Assembly (NCBI GenBank): GCA_965657865.1
Contig: CBFHPQ010000003.1
Span: 3,410 to 67,409, forward strand
Reading direction: 5' to 3'
Length of the DNA stretch: 64,000 bases
Origin: Coraliomargaritaceae bacterium
GTDB lineage: Bacteria; Verrucomicrobiota; Verrucomicrobiia; Opitutales; Coraliomargaritaceae
Shown: positions 38,442 to 49,428 of the stretch, piece by piece
Numbering within the stretch: the stretch's first letter is position 1
Layout: each line of letters begins with the position of its first letter
Notes under the pieces: model-generated
Database searches by the model: none
Told to the model about the DNA's origin: nothing
The model's input: the letters and a program-made list of their open reading frames with translations, nothing else
Translations under genes and position numbers: made by a program

Positions 38442-40148
38442 TTAAAGGAATTTAACTACAAAACGAAATCCAGTCATTCGATTTCTCTCTGCTCTTGGAG
38501 TTTCACGGACTGGAACGTTGAATAAAACATCCAAGCGGTCTCCTGCATGCCCACCAATATGGCGAGCATCTTCATCTGCAAAACTATCAACTGACTCCAA
38601 CCACTCACTCACATTGCCCAACAAATCATGATAGCCGCTAGAGAATGGTTTTTTCTGCCCAACAGGTTGAGCCGCTGCTTTGGCATTTACCAAATTCCAA
38701 GAATGCTCCTCTAGAACTACATAACGTAAGGGCCCGAGGGCTGAGCGGAATTCGTTTTGAGTCGGCAAGCGGACTTCTCTGCCTAAAATCCAACCCAGTC
38801 GTTTACAAAAGTCTTTAGCTTCAAGCCAACTTACTGAATCAACAGGTTTCTTTTCGCCAATATTACGACTTGGGTTGTCCCCCATAATAAAAGTGTACAG
38901 GGCTTGATTAATTTCAGTCCGGGTCATCTGTAAATTATCAATATCTGGTATCGGTAACAAAAGCTCGTATACTCTATCTTGGATAAACCCAATGTCGTTT
39001 TGAATAATATTAAGGTAACGAATCTTAAGATTCATCTCCTCGTCATATAAAGAGCTTTTTGGAAACGCATCTCTTAAATATTTAATATCTGCAGTTAACT
39101 TCGCTATCACCTCTTGGGCATCATAGGTGCGGCGTTCAGCAAGAAACGAAGTAAGCTTATCGTGGTTACGCTCAATGCTCAAACCTAGTCCATAGCTCTG
39201 CGCTGTTTGCGATTTTCTCTCAAATTCCAGTACTTTCTCATTTGAAGCGTGCGGACTATCAGGATATTTTGTATTTAGATTACGCTGTAATCGGGCGGCC
39301 TCCTGAAAACAACTTGCAGCATCTAACATGTCGCCCTTGGCGCGTAAAATTTCACCTTCAGTCGTTAGATCAATAATAGCTAAATTGTCCTGCCCCGATT
39401 GGATTCCGAGTAGTTTTTTATTTAAAAGATCTAAACGAAGCGCGCTTCCCTGCTTTGAGTTTCTGAATTCTCGATTGATTCGATTTTGAACTTCAATCGC
39501 CTCATCCAGAAGTTCCAACGCCTTTTCCCATTCTTTATTCTTAATTGCCAAATCCGACTTTCGTTCAAGCTCGATAGAAGTTTGAAAAATTGGCTCTGCC
39601 AAAACATATTGCGCTTTTCGATTTAACAAAGTCGCCCGACTACTATTGGCATACGGACTCGATGAAAAATCCTCGTTTATGGATTTCTGAATTTGGTAAG
39701 CCTCTTGATAGAAATCATAAGCTTGGGTATATTCCTTTGACGATTCTTTGGACGCTGCCTCCAATTCAAGTTTTTGACTTTTTTCAAAAAGCGGTAGGCT
39801 AACGAATTCCTCGTAACGCTCCATAAGGACACGTAAACGTAAGTCTGCGTCTACATCATATCCAATAATTTCATCTAGATAAGCCTTTTGTAATCGAACC
39901 GCTTGTTGCAAAAGCTCGATGTCGCCTTCAGTAGGTTGCCTGAGCGCAAGTATGGACTCAAACTGACTCTCAAAATCCAAACTGTCTTCCTGTAATTTTA
40001 CAACTTCAGGCGGAATTTCGTAATTGGATTTATCAACCGATAAAAAATCGATTTGTTTAGGGCCTAAACTTGAAGCAAGCCAAAATGACCCTATGACAAT
40101 AATACTAGCCAAAAACCAAAGAAATCCTGTAGATATGCGTCTAAACAT
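38442..40148 (-). CDS. membrane-anchored helical-repeat protein with C-terminal SUMF1/FGE (formylglycine-generating-enzyme-like) domain
   Basis: An N-terminal TM helix, about 400 aa of helical/TPR-like repeats, then PVDSVSWLEAKDFCKRLG...RLPTQNEF...GYHDLLGNVSEWLES...GFRFV, which is the FGE-sulfatase domain pattern. Confidence 0.7.
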   Translation of the reverse strand: MFRRISTGFLWFLASIIVIGSFWLASSLGPKQIDFLSVDKSNYEIPPEVVKLQEDSLDFESQFESILALRQPTEGDIELLQQAVRLQKAYLDEIIGYDVDADLRLRVLMERYEEFVSLPLFEKSQKLELEAASKESSKEYTQAYDFYQEAYQIQKSINEDFSSSPYANSSRATLLNRKAQYVLAEPIFQTSIELERKSDLAIKNKEWEKALELLDEAIEVQNRINREFRNSKQGSALRLDLLNKKLLGIQSGQDNLAIIDLTTEGEILRAKGDMLDAASCFQEAARLQRNLNTKYPDSPHASNEKVLEFERKSQTAQSYGLGLSIERNHDKLTSFLAERRTYDAQEVIAKLTADIKYLRDAFPKSSLYDEEMNLKIRYLNIIQNDIGFIQDRVYELLLPIPDIDNLQMTRTEINQALYTFIMGDNPSRNIGEKKPVDSVSWLEAKDFCKRLGWILGREVRLPTQNEFRSALGPLRYVVLEEHSWNLVNAKAAAQPVGQKKPFSSGYHDLLGNVSEWLESVDSFADEDARHIGGHAGDRLDVLFNVPVRETPRAERNRMTGFRFVVKFL

Positions 40149-40335
40149 GGAAACAATAAATAAATAATTATACTTCGAAACCCAATTAACTTAAAAAGTT
40201 ATATTTTGAGCACAACATAACTCTCAAACAAATCTTAATCTCACGATTAAAGCAATGATTGAAAAGGAATGGTTTGCTATTTGTTTCAATATCTTGACTC
40301 TAAAAATTCAAAATCGTTCCCCAATACTGAAGAAC

Positions 40336-41187
40336 ATGTTTAATCAGATTACAATCTTAGGACCTGGCTTACTTGGTGCATCTTTGGCGATGGCGGCAAA
40401 AAAGAATAAGCTCTGCCAGAAAGTAAGTATTTGGTCTCGAAGTGAATACTCGAGAAATAAATGTAAGCCCCAGGCTTGGTGCGATCAGGTTTACGACACT
40501 CCAATTGAGGCAATTGTTTCCAGCGAATTGGTAATTTTGTGCACCCCCGTAGCTACTATAGGGAATCTCCTTAAAGAAATTGCTCCCCACCTGCATCCAG
40601 ATGCTTTAGTCACGGATGTAGGCAGCACAAAAGCCGAAATTTGTAAAGTTGCTGAATCCATCAACACAGACTCGTTGAATTTCTTGGGCTCACACCCAAT
40701 GGCAGGATCTGAAAAAACCGGGCTTGAACATGCAAGGGTTGATCTTTTCGAGTCATCCGCCTGTATTCTTACGCCAACAGAAAGTTCCAACCCTGCGCAT
40801 CTAGAAACACTCAAATCCTTTTGGGAAGCACTCAAAATGCAGGTTTTTATTCAAACTCCTGAAACGCACGATACCATTGTGGCGCACTTGAGTCATTTAC
40901 CGCATGCACTAGCTGCAATTTTAAGTGCGCATTTATTTAACCATGACTCAGACTGGGCCTCCATGTCTGGGGCTGGGCTAAAAGATACTACGCGCGTTGC
41001 CGCAGGAAGCCCCGAACTTTGGCAACAAATTCTTTTCCAAAACAAAACCTCTGTCCTAGATGCGCTTGAACGTTTTGAGTCCATACTGCAGCGCTTTAAA
41101 ATCGCGCTTAGCGAAAATGACACCGATGCAGTAACAAAAATTCTTGAAGACGGAAAAAAATTCCGTGAAACGCTGAATCATGATTGA
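40336..41187 (+). CDS. tyrA: prephenate dehydrogenase
   Basis: ITILGPGLLGASLA Rossmann motif and HPMAG. It overlaps aroA by 8 nt. I prefer the internal ATG at 40336. Confidence 0.8.
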   Translation: MFNQITILGPGLLGASLAMAAKKNKLCQKVSIWSRSEYSRNKCKPQAWCDQVYDTPIEAIVSSELVILCTPVATIGNLLKEIAPHLHPDALVTDVGSTKAEICKVAESINTDSLNFLGSHPMAGSEKTGLEHARVDLFESSACILTPTESSNPAHLETLKSFWEALKMQVFIQTPETHDTIVAHLSHLPHALAAILSAHLFNHDSDWASMSGAGLKDTTRVAAGSPELWQQILFQNKTSVLDALERFESILQRFKIALSENDTDAVTKILEDGKKFRETLNHD

Positions 41188-42541
41188 GCTTCAATCAATA
41201 CAACCCTTTAGAGCTCCAATCCAAGGTTCCGCTCAACTGCCTGGCTCTAAAAGCATTACAAATCGCGCCTTGATTCTTGCCGCTCTAGCCGAGGGTTCCA
41301 CTACCCTCGAAGGAGCACTTTTTAGTCGAGATACACAAATAATGCTTAACGCCTTACAAGAACTGGGATTCGACTTCACCGCAGATTCCGAGAATCAAAC
41401 TATTCGCATTACCGGTTCAGGTGGACGGATCCCAAAGCAAACGGCAAAAATTGATGTTGGAAATGCTGGCACTGCTGCCCGTTTCTTGACTGCATTTTTA
41501 GCGCTCGAAGAAAAGGGTTCATACACACTTGATGGAGATCCAGCAATGCGTAAGCGCCCTATGGCAGGCCTGCTCGTAGCACTTGAATCACTCGGTGCCG
41601 CCTCCTTTGAGTTCCATGAACAACCCGGCTTTTTCCCATTTACTATGCACACGCAGGGCTTCAAAGGCGGATGCGTTTCGGTAGATGCTTCCGCAAGTAG
41701 TCAAATTCTCTCAGCCCTACTTATTGCGGCCTCCGCTGGACCTTCGAGCATCCAACTAATAGCACCTCGCGTGCGTCCCGCATATGTAGCAATCACCCTA
41801 GCCCTAAGAGAATCGTTTGGCGCGACTCCCACTCAAGCCGATGAAGTAGGCGCCTACTTTTTAGCACCCGAACCTTATCAAGCGCCCTCAAATAATACCT
41901 TCCTGATTGAACCTGATATATCCGCCGCCAGCTATTTTTTAGCACTTGTAGCACTCCACGGTGGAACGCTCCACATTCCAAACTTAGGACTCCAATCCGT
42001 GCAAGGAGACGCACGCTTCGTAGAAACATTACAACCGCATGGATTAGAAGTTCAGAAACTAGCTTCGCAATGGACCGTGACAAAAGCTTCTTCAAAACCA
42101 GTTCACGCCCCCGAGCGAACCCTAAATTTTGAAAACTTTTCCGATACTTTTCTAACCTATGCCGCCCTCGCACCCCTTTTAGGCAAACCTGTGACCATCA
42201 CTGGAATCGGTCACACTCGCCATCAAGAAACTGATCGCATCGCAGGCATGGCAAAGGAACTCAAAAATTTAGGTCAAGGAATTGAGGAAACCAACGATAG
42301 TCTAACCATTATTCCAGACCTAGAGGCATTAAGATCAAGAGCTCAAGCGGCGCGAACTCAAAAAAGCAACCTCAAGATTGAGACTTACGAAGATCATCGC
42401 TTTGCAATGAGCTTTGCAATCTTGGGCACCTATGACCTTCTGGAAGACGGAGCACCTTGGCTTTCAATTGAAAACCCTAACTGCTGCGGAAAAACATTTC
42501 CAAATTTCTTTGAAACCCTAAATTCACTTCGAGATGTCTGA
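41180..42541 (+). CDS. aroA: 3-phosphoshikimate 1-carboxyvinyltransferase (EPSP synthase)
   Basis: LPGSKSITNRALILAALAEG, NAGTAARF and ETYEDHRFAMSFA are present. Confidence 0.95.
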   Translation: MIELQSIQPFRAPIQGSAQLPGSKSITNRALILAALAEGSTTLEGALFSRDTQIMLNALQELGFDFTADSENQTIRITGSGGRIPKQTAKIDVGNAGTAARFLTAFLALEEKGSYTLDGDPAMRKRPMAGLLVALESLGAASFEFHEQPGFFPFTMHTQGFKGGCVSVDASASSQILSALLIAASAGPSSIQLIAPRVRPAYVAITLALRESFGATPTQADEVGAYFLAPEPYQAPSNNTFLIEPDISAASYFLALVALHGGTLHIPNLGLQSVQGDARFVETLQPHGLEVQKLASQWTVTKASSKPVHAPERTLNFENFSDTFLTYAALAPLLGKPVTITGIGHTRHQETDRIAGMAKELKNLGQGIEETNDSLTIIPDLEALRSRAQAARTQKSNLKIETYEDHRFAMSFAILGTYDLLEDGAPWLSIENPNCCGKTFPNFFETLNSLRDV

Positions 42542-43199
42542 CAAAACCTCGAACTTTAAAATTGTCGCGATTGACGGAGGCGCCGCCACCGGGAAGTCCT
42601 CAACTGCTCGCGCGCTTGCTGAGCAATTAGACTTCATGCATGTCGATACAGGTGCTTATTACAGAACCCTTACTTATGCTCTCCTAAAGGAAAATGCTGA
42701 TCCTTCGCATACCGAAAAAACTAGCGCAATTTTACATACTCTGACTCTCGGAACCCAGCTAAATGGAAATCGCGCTCAACTAATTATTAATAACACCAGC
42801 ATTCCTGATACCGATATTCGCTCCCAAGAGGTCAATGCAACTGTCTCATTATTTGCCTCTCAACCCGACGTACGAAATTTTCTTTTTCAATACCAACGGG
42901 AGCAAGTCAACTTCGCTCAGGAAAATAACTTCAAAGGACTCATCATGGAAGGCCGCGACATTGGTTCCGTGATCTTTCCAGATGCAGATTTTCGATTTTT
43001 TCTCTTTGCCGATGCTTCGACCCGCGCTAAGCGTCGCGCCGCCGAAGGTCTGACGGATTCTATTTCTGAACGCGACGCCCTCGACGCCTCTCGCAAAACA
43101 GCTCCTCTGATTTGCCCTGAAGGTGCAGTTGAGATAGACACTGGCCCTCACACGCTTGACGCTGTTGTAGCTATTATCTACAAGCATATAAATTCTTAA
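42534..43199 (+). CDS. cmk: cytidylate kinase
   Basis: VAIDGGAATGKSSTARALA and GRDIGSVIFPDA are present. Confidence 0.9.
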   Translation: MSDKTSNFKIVAIDGGAATGKSSTARALAEQLDFMHVDTGAYYRTLTYALLKENADPSHTEKTSAILHTLTLGTQLNGNRAQLIINNTSIPDTDIRSQEVNATVSLFASQPDVRNFLFQYQREQVNFAQENNFKGLIMEGRDIGSVIFPDADFRFFLFADASTRAKRRAAEGLTDSISERDALDASRKTAPLICPEGAVEIDTGPHTLDAVVAIIYKHINS

Positions 43200-43200
43200 T

Positions 43201-43851
43201 ATGACTGAAAAAAAACTACCGATTCCAGTCTTATACAATGCCACTCGAATTTCCGCAGGCATCTTTTTCAGTCAACTCTACGATTTTAAAATTCATGGAG
43301 TTAGCAATGTTCCCTCAACTGGAAGCTTAATCTTTGCCGCAAATCATCTCAGCTTCTTCGATCCCCCTGCAATTGGAGCATGTGTTGAGCGTCAGATCAA
43401 TTACTTCGCCCGCGACACACTTTACAAAGGTTGGTTCGGTCAGTACCTACACGCCCTAGACACTATTCCCGTTGCTCGCGAAAACGCTGATGTCAGTTCC
43501 CTAAAAGCGATTTTTAAGGCATTAAAACGACAAAGCGCAGTAGCAATTTACCCTGAAGGTACGCGCTCCAAAGACGGCACGTTCCAGGAACCTAAGCCGG
43601 GTGCAGGCATGATCGCATGTAAGTCCCGCGCAACGATTGTCCCTACCCGCGTCTTCGGCACCTACGAGGCATTCGGGCGACACCAAAAATTTCCCAAATT
43701 TTTCGGACCTATTGATATTGTATACGGTACACCAATTTCCTCAGAAACCATTGACCCCGGTAAAGAACATCCCGATCGTTATTTGGAAGCATCCCGTAGA
43801 ATCATGGCACGCATCGCTGCCCTCAAACTTCCTAAAGAATCAACAATCTAA
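43201..43851 (+). CDS. plsC: 1-acyl-sn-glycerol-3-phosphate acyltransferase
   Basis: The HX4D motif (ANHLSFFDP) and YPEGTRS are present. Confidence 0.85.
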   Translation: MTEKKLPIPVLYNATRISAGIFFSQLYDFKIHGVSNVPSTGSLIFAANHLSFFDPPAIGACVERQINYFARDTLYKGWFGQYLHALDTIPVARENADVSSLKAIFKALKRQSAVAIYPEGTRSKDGTFQEPKPGAGMIACKSRATIVPTRVFGTYEAFGRHQKFPKFFGPIDIVYGTPISSETIDPGKEHPDRYLEASRRIMARIAALKLPKESTI

Positions 43852-43868
43852 ATAAATCGTTTTAAATT

Positions 43869-45059
43869 ATGAGCCAAGCCTCCGACCGTTACGCCAAACG
43901 TGGCGTCTCTTCCTCAAAGTCTGAAGTACACGCAGTCGTTGACCACCTAGATCGCGGAGTATTTCCTGGCGCATTCTGCAAAATTGGCCCCGATGTCCTT
44001 ACTGGAGATTCAGAAAAATGTAACATCATCCATGCTGATGGCTCTGGAACAAAAAGCACACTCGCATATATTCATTATTGCGAGACGGGCGATCCTTCCG
44101 CCTTTCGTAAGACCGCGCAAGATAGCCTCGTTATGAATATAGACGACCTTCTGTGTGTAGGCGCAATTAATGGCATTCTTATTTCCAGCACCGTCAATCG
44201 AAACGCCCGTGCGATTACAGGCGAGGCCCTAGCTGAACTTATTTCAGGCACTGAAAACTTTATCAAGACTCTCTGTCAGCATGGAGTAGGCGTCATTAGC
44301 GGAGGCGGAGAAACCGCCGATGTTGGCGACCTTACCAATACCGCTACTGTTGATTCCTGCGCAGTTGTAGTCATGCCACGCGCTGATGTTATCGATAATG
44401 CAGAAATAAAACCCGGACTTCAAATTGTTGGCCTGGCCTCTGCGGGTCAGGCAAAATACGAAACCTTTGAAAATTCTGGCATCGGAAGCAATGGACTCAC
44501 GAGCGCGCGTCATGACTTGCTCTCGAAATACTACCTCGAAAAATACCCTGAGACCTGCGATCCAAAAACTGACTCCAATTACCTTTATTGTGGACCCTAC
44601 AAAATGGAAGACCCCTTACCAGAGTCTTCCTTAACCGTTGGCGAAGCCTTACTGAGTCCGACTCGCACTTACGCTCCAGTTATCAAACAAATTTTAAGTG
44701 AAGCCCGAGCGGGTGTTAAAGGCATGGTTCACTGCTCTGGAGGTGGACAGAGTAAATGCCTTCGTTTTGGAACACAAGTCCATCACATTAAAGACAACTT
44801 TCTGCCTGTTCCCCCCATTTTTAAAGCCATCCAAAAAGCGAGTGGAACCACTACCGAAGAAATGTTTAGAGTTTATAACATGGGGCACCGCATGGAAATA
44901 TTTTGTGAACCTGATACCACCGCTCAAGTTATAGCGATTTCTGAATCACACGGAATTCCTGCACAAATTGTTGGGCGCACTGAACCAAGCCAAAAAGCAA
45001 ATCATCAAAACCATTTAAGTATTCATTATGGAGGTGAACTCTATGAATATGCGCACTGA
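43869..45059 (+). CDS. purM: phosphoribosylformylglycinamidine cyclo-ligase (long AIR-synthase-related form)
   Basis: [17 protein letters not shown] and GGGETAD are PurM-superfamily motifs. The 396-aa length matches the long form seen in Bacteroidota-type genomes. Confidence 0.75.
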   Translation: MSQASDRYAKRGVSSSKSEVHAVVDHLDRGVFPGAFCKIGPDVLTGDSEKCNIIHADGSGTKSTLAYIHYCETGDPSAFRKTAQDSLVMNIDDLLCVGAINGILISSTVNRNARAITGEALAELISGTENFIKTLCQHGVGVISGGGETADVGDLTNTATVDSCAVVVMPRADVIDNAEIKPGLQIVGLASAGQAKYETFENSGIGSNGLTSARHDLLSKYYLEKYPETCDPKTDSNYLYCGPYKMEDPLPESSLTVGEALLSPTRTYAPVIKQILSEARAGVKGMVHCSGGGQSKCLRFGTQVHHIKDNFLPVPPIFKAIQKASGTTTEEMFRVYNMGHRMEIFCEPDTTAQVIAISESHGIPAQIVGRTEPSQKANHQNHLSIHYGGELYEYAH

Positions 45060-45121
45060 TAAACGCATCGAAATAGATAATTCCCATTAGACAGTTTGAT
45101 ATAGACTTTACTTGAAATAGC

Positions 45122-46093
45122 ATGTCACAACTCAAAATTTATCTGTACCTGTGCGCAGCTTTAACACTGTGTTTTAACACTTCTTTACAGTCTCAAAACC
45201 GTGAGATTTTAGGAGAGTATCGGATTGGCATTGTCGGGCAAAATAAAGACAATAGCATTTACCAAGCGACGCATTTAGGTGCACTTGATGCTGCGCTTTC
45301 CTTTAGTAAAAGCCAGGCAATCGATGTCGAAATCTTTGTTCTGACTCCTGACAAAACTATTGGCGAAGATCAGGAAACTTCCTTAGGACGATTGTTTATT
45401 GATAACGCCGATGGAATCATCATCAGTCCCGGCAACCAAAAAACCACCCATGCTGCGATAAAATTTGCCCAGGAACAGGGACAAAAGATCGTTTTCTTTG
45501 AGACCGAAGTAGAATCCATCGATCCCCTCGCTTCCATTGTTGCCGACGAATACCAAGCAGGATTTCTCGCGGGCAAAACAATTGCCGACCTTCTACCCTC
45601 GCGGGCGCGCATCGCAATCTTGATGAGCACTGAGGTCAATCCCGTCCAGCAAGAGCGTTTGCGTGGACTTCGCGCTGCCGTCGGTTATAAGCGCATTGAA
45701 ACAATCGTAACAACCGAACCTAATTATTTCTCCGCTATTGATGCTATTCGAAATGCTGAAGATACCGACCGCAATGACCTAATCAGTGGATGGGTATTTT
45801 TAGACGACTGGCCTCTTTTGGGAATGCCGGCGTTCCCGTGGAAAGCTGGCGAGCGGCCCGCCGTCGCTATTCAATCCTCGCCTTCGGCATTTATTCATCT
45901 CGATCAAGGATATTTGGATGCCCTAATAATCCACGCTTATTATGACTGGGGTTACAAAAGCGTAGAGCTGTTAGTCGAAGCTCTTCACAATAAAAAACAA
46001 CCTGACCCCGCTAGAGTTGTCACAGACCCACAGGTAATTAATGAGAGGAATTTAAACAATTACCGCTTGAAATGGCAGCAATGGCTCCAATAA
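45122..46093 (+). CDS. secreted periplasmic-binding-protein (type I, sugar-binding-like) domain protein
   Basis: Signal peptide, then a PBP1 pattern (IGIVGQNKDNSIYQ...DGIIISPGN...IVFFETE...IVADEYQAGFLAG). No ABC permease or ATPase gene is adjacent. Confidence 0.65.
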   Translation: MSQLKIYLYLCAALTLCFNTSLQSQNREILGEYRIGIVGQNKDNSIYQATHLGALDAALSFSKSQAIDVEIFVLTPDKTIGEDQETSLGRLFIDNADGIIISPGNQKTTHAAIKFAQEQGQKIVFFETEVESIDPLASIVADEYQAGFLAGKTIADLLPSRARIAILMSTEVNPVQQERLRGLRAAVGYKRIETIVTTEPNYFSAIDAIRNAEDTDRNDLISGWVFLDDWPLLGMPAFPWKAGERPAVAIQSSPSAFIHLDQGYLDALIIHAYYDWGYKSVELLVEALHNKKQPDPARVVTDPQVINERNLNNYRLKWQQWLQ

Positions 46094-46120
46094 ATCGTTA
46101 AGGCCAGTGCAGGTATCAGA

Positions 46121-47476
46121 TCAAGCACCTAGAAGGACTGCTGCGATACCGAAATAGATAATCAGTCCGAGTACATCCATTACCGAAGTAATCAAAGGAG
46201 TGCTCGCTGCTGCGGGATCAATGCGCAAACGACTTAAAGCAAATGGCAATAGCGCACCAAATCCATTCGCGACAAAGACGATTACGATCATACTTACACC
46301 GACAACCCACGCGATTTTAGAATCACCACCGTACCAATGCCCTACCAAGCCGGCGATGACCGCCATCGCAATTCCAAGCAATAAGCCGACAAAAACCTCC
46401 TTGCTAATCGCCTTGACCCAATCATTTAAATCTAAATCGCCCGTTGCAATTGCACGAACCATCAAAGTCGAAGACTGCGCACCGCAATTACCGCCACTTG
46501 CAATTACCAGCGGCATAAATAGAGCAAGCGTTATAAACTCTATCACGAAATTCTCGTAACTCGCAATCACCCCCGCCGAAATTAGATTCACGAAAATAAG
46601 AACCAAAAGCCAACCTATCCGCTTTCTAAATAATAACCCCGCGCTTGCAGTACTATATTTCGTCTCCAATGGCGCAATCGCCACACTCTTTTGAATGTCC
46701 TCAGTGGTCTCTTCTTCTGCCACGTCCATGATGTCATCCACCGTAACAATACCAACGATCAAACCATCCGAATCCAAAACAGGAAGCGCACTTATGTCGT
46801 AACGCTGAATCATTTCCACCGCTACCTCGCGATCCTCAAAAGCAGAAATGCTTACAAAATTATAATTCAGCATGTCCCCAATGACAGTATCCATTGGTGT
46901 CATTATCAGGCGACGCATTCGAACTATATCGACGAGCTTTCCAAGCCCATCTGTGACGTATAAAATATTAAAGATCTCAGAATCACGCCCGTACTTACGA
47001 ATGTGCTCAAGGGCGACCTCAACCGTCCATTCCGCGCGAATACGAATATAATCGGGAGTCATCAAGCGACCCACGCTCTCTTCCGGATATCCCAACAACT
47101 GCCGCGATTCCGCCAAATCCTCAGGACTCAATAGTTGCATCAACCGACGCGTCACTTGTGCGGGTAATTCTTGCAACATCGCGGTGCGGTCATCCGGATT
47201 CAAATTTGCAAGCAAAGCGCGTGTGTCCGCATCCGTTAGCGCTTTTAGAAAATGATCCTGAGCCTCGGGCTCCAAGTGCGCAAACATGTCCGCCGCCTGC
47301 TTACGGCTCAAAGCGCGATACATGAGAATTTGATCCGGTCTTTCTAGCGCTAATAAAAAATCTGCAATTTCTGGATCTGCCCAATTTTTGAGTGCGATAG
47401 CGACTTCCTTGAAACATTTTTTAGAAATCAGCGCGTTGACTTCTAATTCCTTCGTTTGTGTTTCTTCGCTCATCAC
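46121..47476 (-). CDS. mgtE: magnesium transporter MgtE
   Basis: MgtE N-domain, a CBS pair and a C-terminal 5-TM domain containing GNCGAQS. Confidence 0.95.
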   Translation of the reverse strand: MMSEETQTKELEVNALISKKCFKEVAIALKNWADPEIADFLLALERPDQILMYRALSRKQAADMFAHLEPEAQDHFLKALTDADTRALLANLNPDDRTAMLQELPAQVTRRLMQLLSPEDLAESRQLLGYPEESVGRLMTPDYIRIRAEWTVEVALEHIRKYGRDSEIFNILYVTDGLGKLVDIVRMRRLIMTPMDTVIGDMLNYNFVSISAFEDREVAVEMIQRYDISALPVLDSDGLIVGIVTVDDIMDVAEEETTEDIQKSVAIAPLETKYSTASAGLLFRKRIGWLLVLIFVNLISAGVIASYENFVIEFITLALFMPLVIASGGNCGAQSSTLMVRAIATGDLDLNDWVKAISKEVFVGLLLGIAMAVIAGLVGHWYGGDSKIAWVVGVSMIVIVFVANGFGALLPFALSRLRIDPAAASTPLITSVMDVLGLIIYFGIAAVLLGA

Positions 47477-47599
47477 ACTCCTCTTTTGCCCACGAAATCC
47501 AATTTAGTAAAGACGCTAAATCAATCTTATGAACTTTTTATTAAACTAATCTGTGCTTGAGTCTTGCACCCTAAGCTCAACTTTCTACTAAATACTTGG

Positions 47600-48061
47600 A
47601 TGCAAGCGATTCGCACTGCCGCACGTGCTCTTATTATTCAAAACGAAAATCTCCTCACCATCAAAATGAAAGACGCCAACGGGATCTTTTATATTTTGCC
47701 AGGAGGTGGACAGAATCATGGCGAAACCTTGAAAAAAAGCCTGGAAAGAGAGGTCTTTGAAGAAGTCGGTGCAGAAATTTCCGTTGGAAAACTCGCATAC
47801 GTCCGAGAATACATTGGCAAAAATCATTGCTTCCGCAAAAGCCACCACTCTTTTCACCAACTCGAATCCGTTTTCTTTTGTTCCCTCAAGAGTTCACCAG
47901 AAATAGAGAAAGCACACAATCCCGATAATAAACAAATCGGAGTCGAATGGATTCCGATTGCAAAAATTTCAGACTACAAAATTCTACCGGAAATCCTCAA
48001 TAGCTTTATCCAAGACATCCATCTTAAAGAAAACGACCTATACCTTGGGGACATTAACTAA
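47600..48061 (+). CDS. NUDIX hydrolase
   Basis: The Nudix box is GGGQNHGETLKKSLEREVFEEVG. I prefer ATG 47600 over TTG 47564. Confidence 0.75.
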   Translation: MQAIRTAARALIIQNENLLTIKMKDANGIFYILPGGGQNHGETLKKSLEREVFEEVGAEISVGKLAYVREYIGKNHCFRKSHHSFHQLESVFFCSLKSSPEIEKAHNPDNKQIGVEWIPIAKISDYKILPEILNSFIQDIHLKENDLYLGDIN

Positions 48062-48086
48062 TTTTCAAACATAAGAGCTACCTGCA

Positions 48087-49343
48087 GTGAGCGTTTATAG
48101 CCGCATCTTTAACAAACAATACCAAAGCTTGATGCATCCTGGTCAACAGTTGCGCTTTGATTGGTTAAACCCGCTCACTATAATCCTCCTCTGCTTAACT
48201 GGAATTTTATTCATCTACTCAGCCCAAATTTCTCACAGCGGCAACGATTGGCAAAAACAAATTGTTTGGACTCTAATGGGAATTGGAACCTACTTCTTCA
48301 TTTCTTTAAGTAACTACAAACTCTTTTTACAGTACGCCCACTTTATCTATGCCCTAGGGATCATTGGTTTACTATTGGCGACTAAATTGAGTCCTATTAG
48401 CGTGGAAATGATGGGTGCCAGACGTTGGGTAAATTTAGGAATTACCACCGTTCAACCCACCGAAGCTGCTAAAATCGGAACCCTGATTATGGCAGCTAGT
48501 ATTTTATCCCGCTCCAAGATTGGCACCGTCAGCGATTCACTTTTAGTTATATTTAAGGTCTCAATCGTATTTTTGTTGCCTATGTTGCTGATTTTCATGC
48601 AACCTGATCTAGGTTCAACATTAGTATTTCCACCTATGATCTTCGCGCTCTTATATGTATCCCGCCTTTCTGGGAAATTCTTTCTAAGCGCTTTTGTAAT
48701 TTTCACACTCGCTGTCACCGCTATTGGTGTCGATATATTCGGTTACGGCAAGTATCTTGAACGCAACCGCCTCCTCTCGCAAAACTCTAATACAGTACAA
48801 AAAGTTGAGGCATATCGTTCCATTCTACCAATTCACAATTATCAACGAAATCGGATCCTCACTTTTATCGCACCTAAAGTTGTCGATCCTCAAGGCACCG
48901 GCGCAAGCTGGAATGCCAAACAAGCAAAAATATCTGCCGCTACTGGAGGCGCCTCAGGCAAAGGTCTTTTTCAAGGCACCCAAGCCCAACTTGGCTACCT
49001 CCCTAAAGCGGTCGCACATAATGACTTTATTTTCTCTGTTATTGCAGAGGAAACAGGTTTTCTTGGAAGCGTGTTCGTCGTCGGACTTTTTGGTCTGATG
49101 GTCGCCAACGGCATACGAATTGCCGGACTCGCTAAAGACAGATTTGGAATGTATCTCGCTATCGGAGTGAGTGTCCTATTCCTAGTCCACTTCTTTATTA
49201 ACATTGGCATGACCATCGGCATCACACCGATTACCGGACTCCCGCTTCCGTTTTTAAGCTACGGAGGCTCCTTTATTTTGAGCTGTTTCATTCTTCAAGG
49301 TCTCATTCAAAGCGTTTACCGACATCGTAAAGATTTCACCTAA
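48087..49343 (+). CDS. rodA: SEDS-family peptidoglycan glycosyltransferase RodA/FtsW
   Basis: 10-TM protein with QPSE-like (VQPTEAAK), PDLG and [10 protein letters not shown] motifs. GTG start. Confidence 0.85.
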   Translation: MSVYSRIFNKQYQSLMHPGQQLRFDWLNPLTIILLCLTGILFIYSAQISHSGNDWQKQIVWTLMGIGTYFFISLSNYKLFLQYAHFIYALGIIGLLLATKLSPISVEMMGARRWVNLGITTVQPTEAAKIGTLIMAASILSRSKIGTVSDSLLVIFKVSIVFLLPMLLIFMQPDLGSTLVFPPMIFALLYVSRLSGKFFLSAFVIFTLAVTAIGVDIFGYGKYLERNRLLSQNSNTVQKVEAYRSILPIHNYQRNRILTFIAPKVVDPQGTGASWNAKQAKISAATGGASGKGLFQGTQAQLGYLPKAVAHNDFIFSVIAEETGFLGSVFVVGLFGLMVANGIRIAGLAKDRFGMYLAIGVSVLFLVHFFINIGMTIGITPITGLPLPFLSYGGSFILSCFILQGLIQSVYRHRKDFT

Positions 49344-49428
49344 ATCGAGCTCTCAGACCCAATTTTTATGAATATGATCTGCCATCAAAATAAAGGGACT
49401 CCCAATCAACCGGGGAGAAACCCATATC

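Noticed and set aside
43805-43820. TGGCAC-containing sequence about 50 nt upstream of purM
   Set aside because: The GG-to-GC spacing is wrong (9 or 12 nt instead of 11), so it does not fit a -24/-12 promoter.
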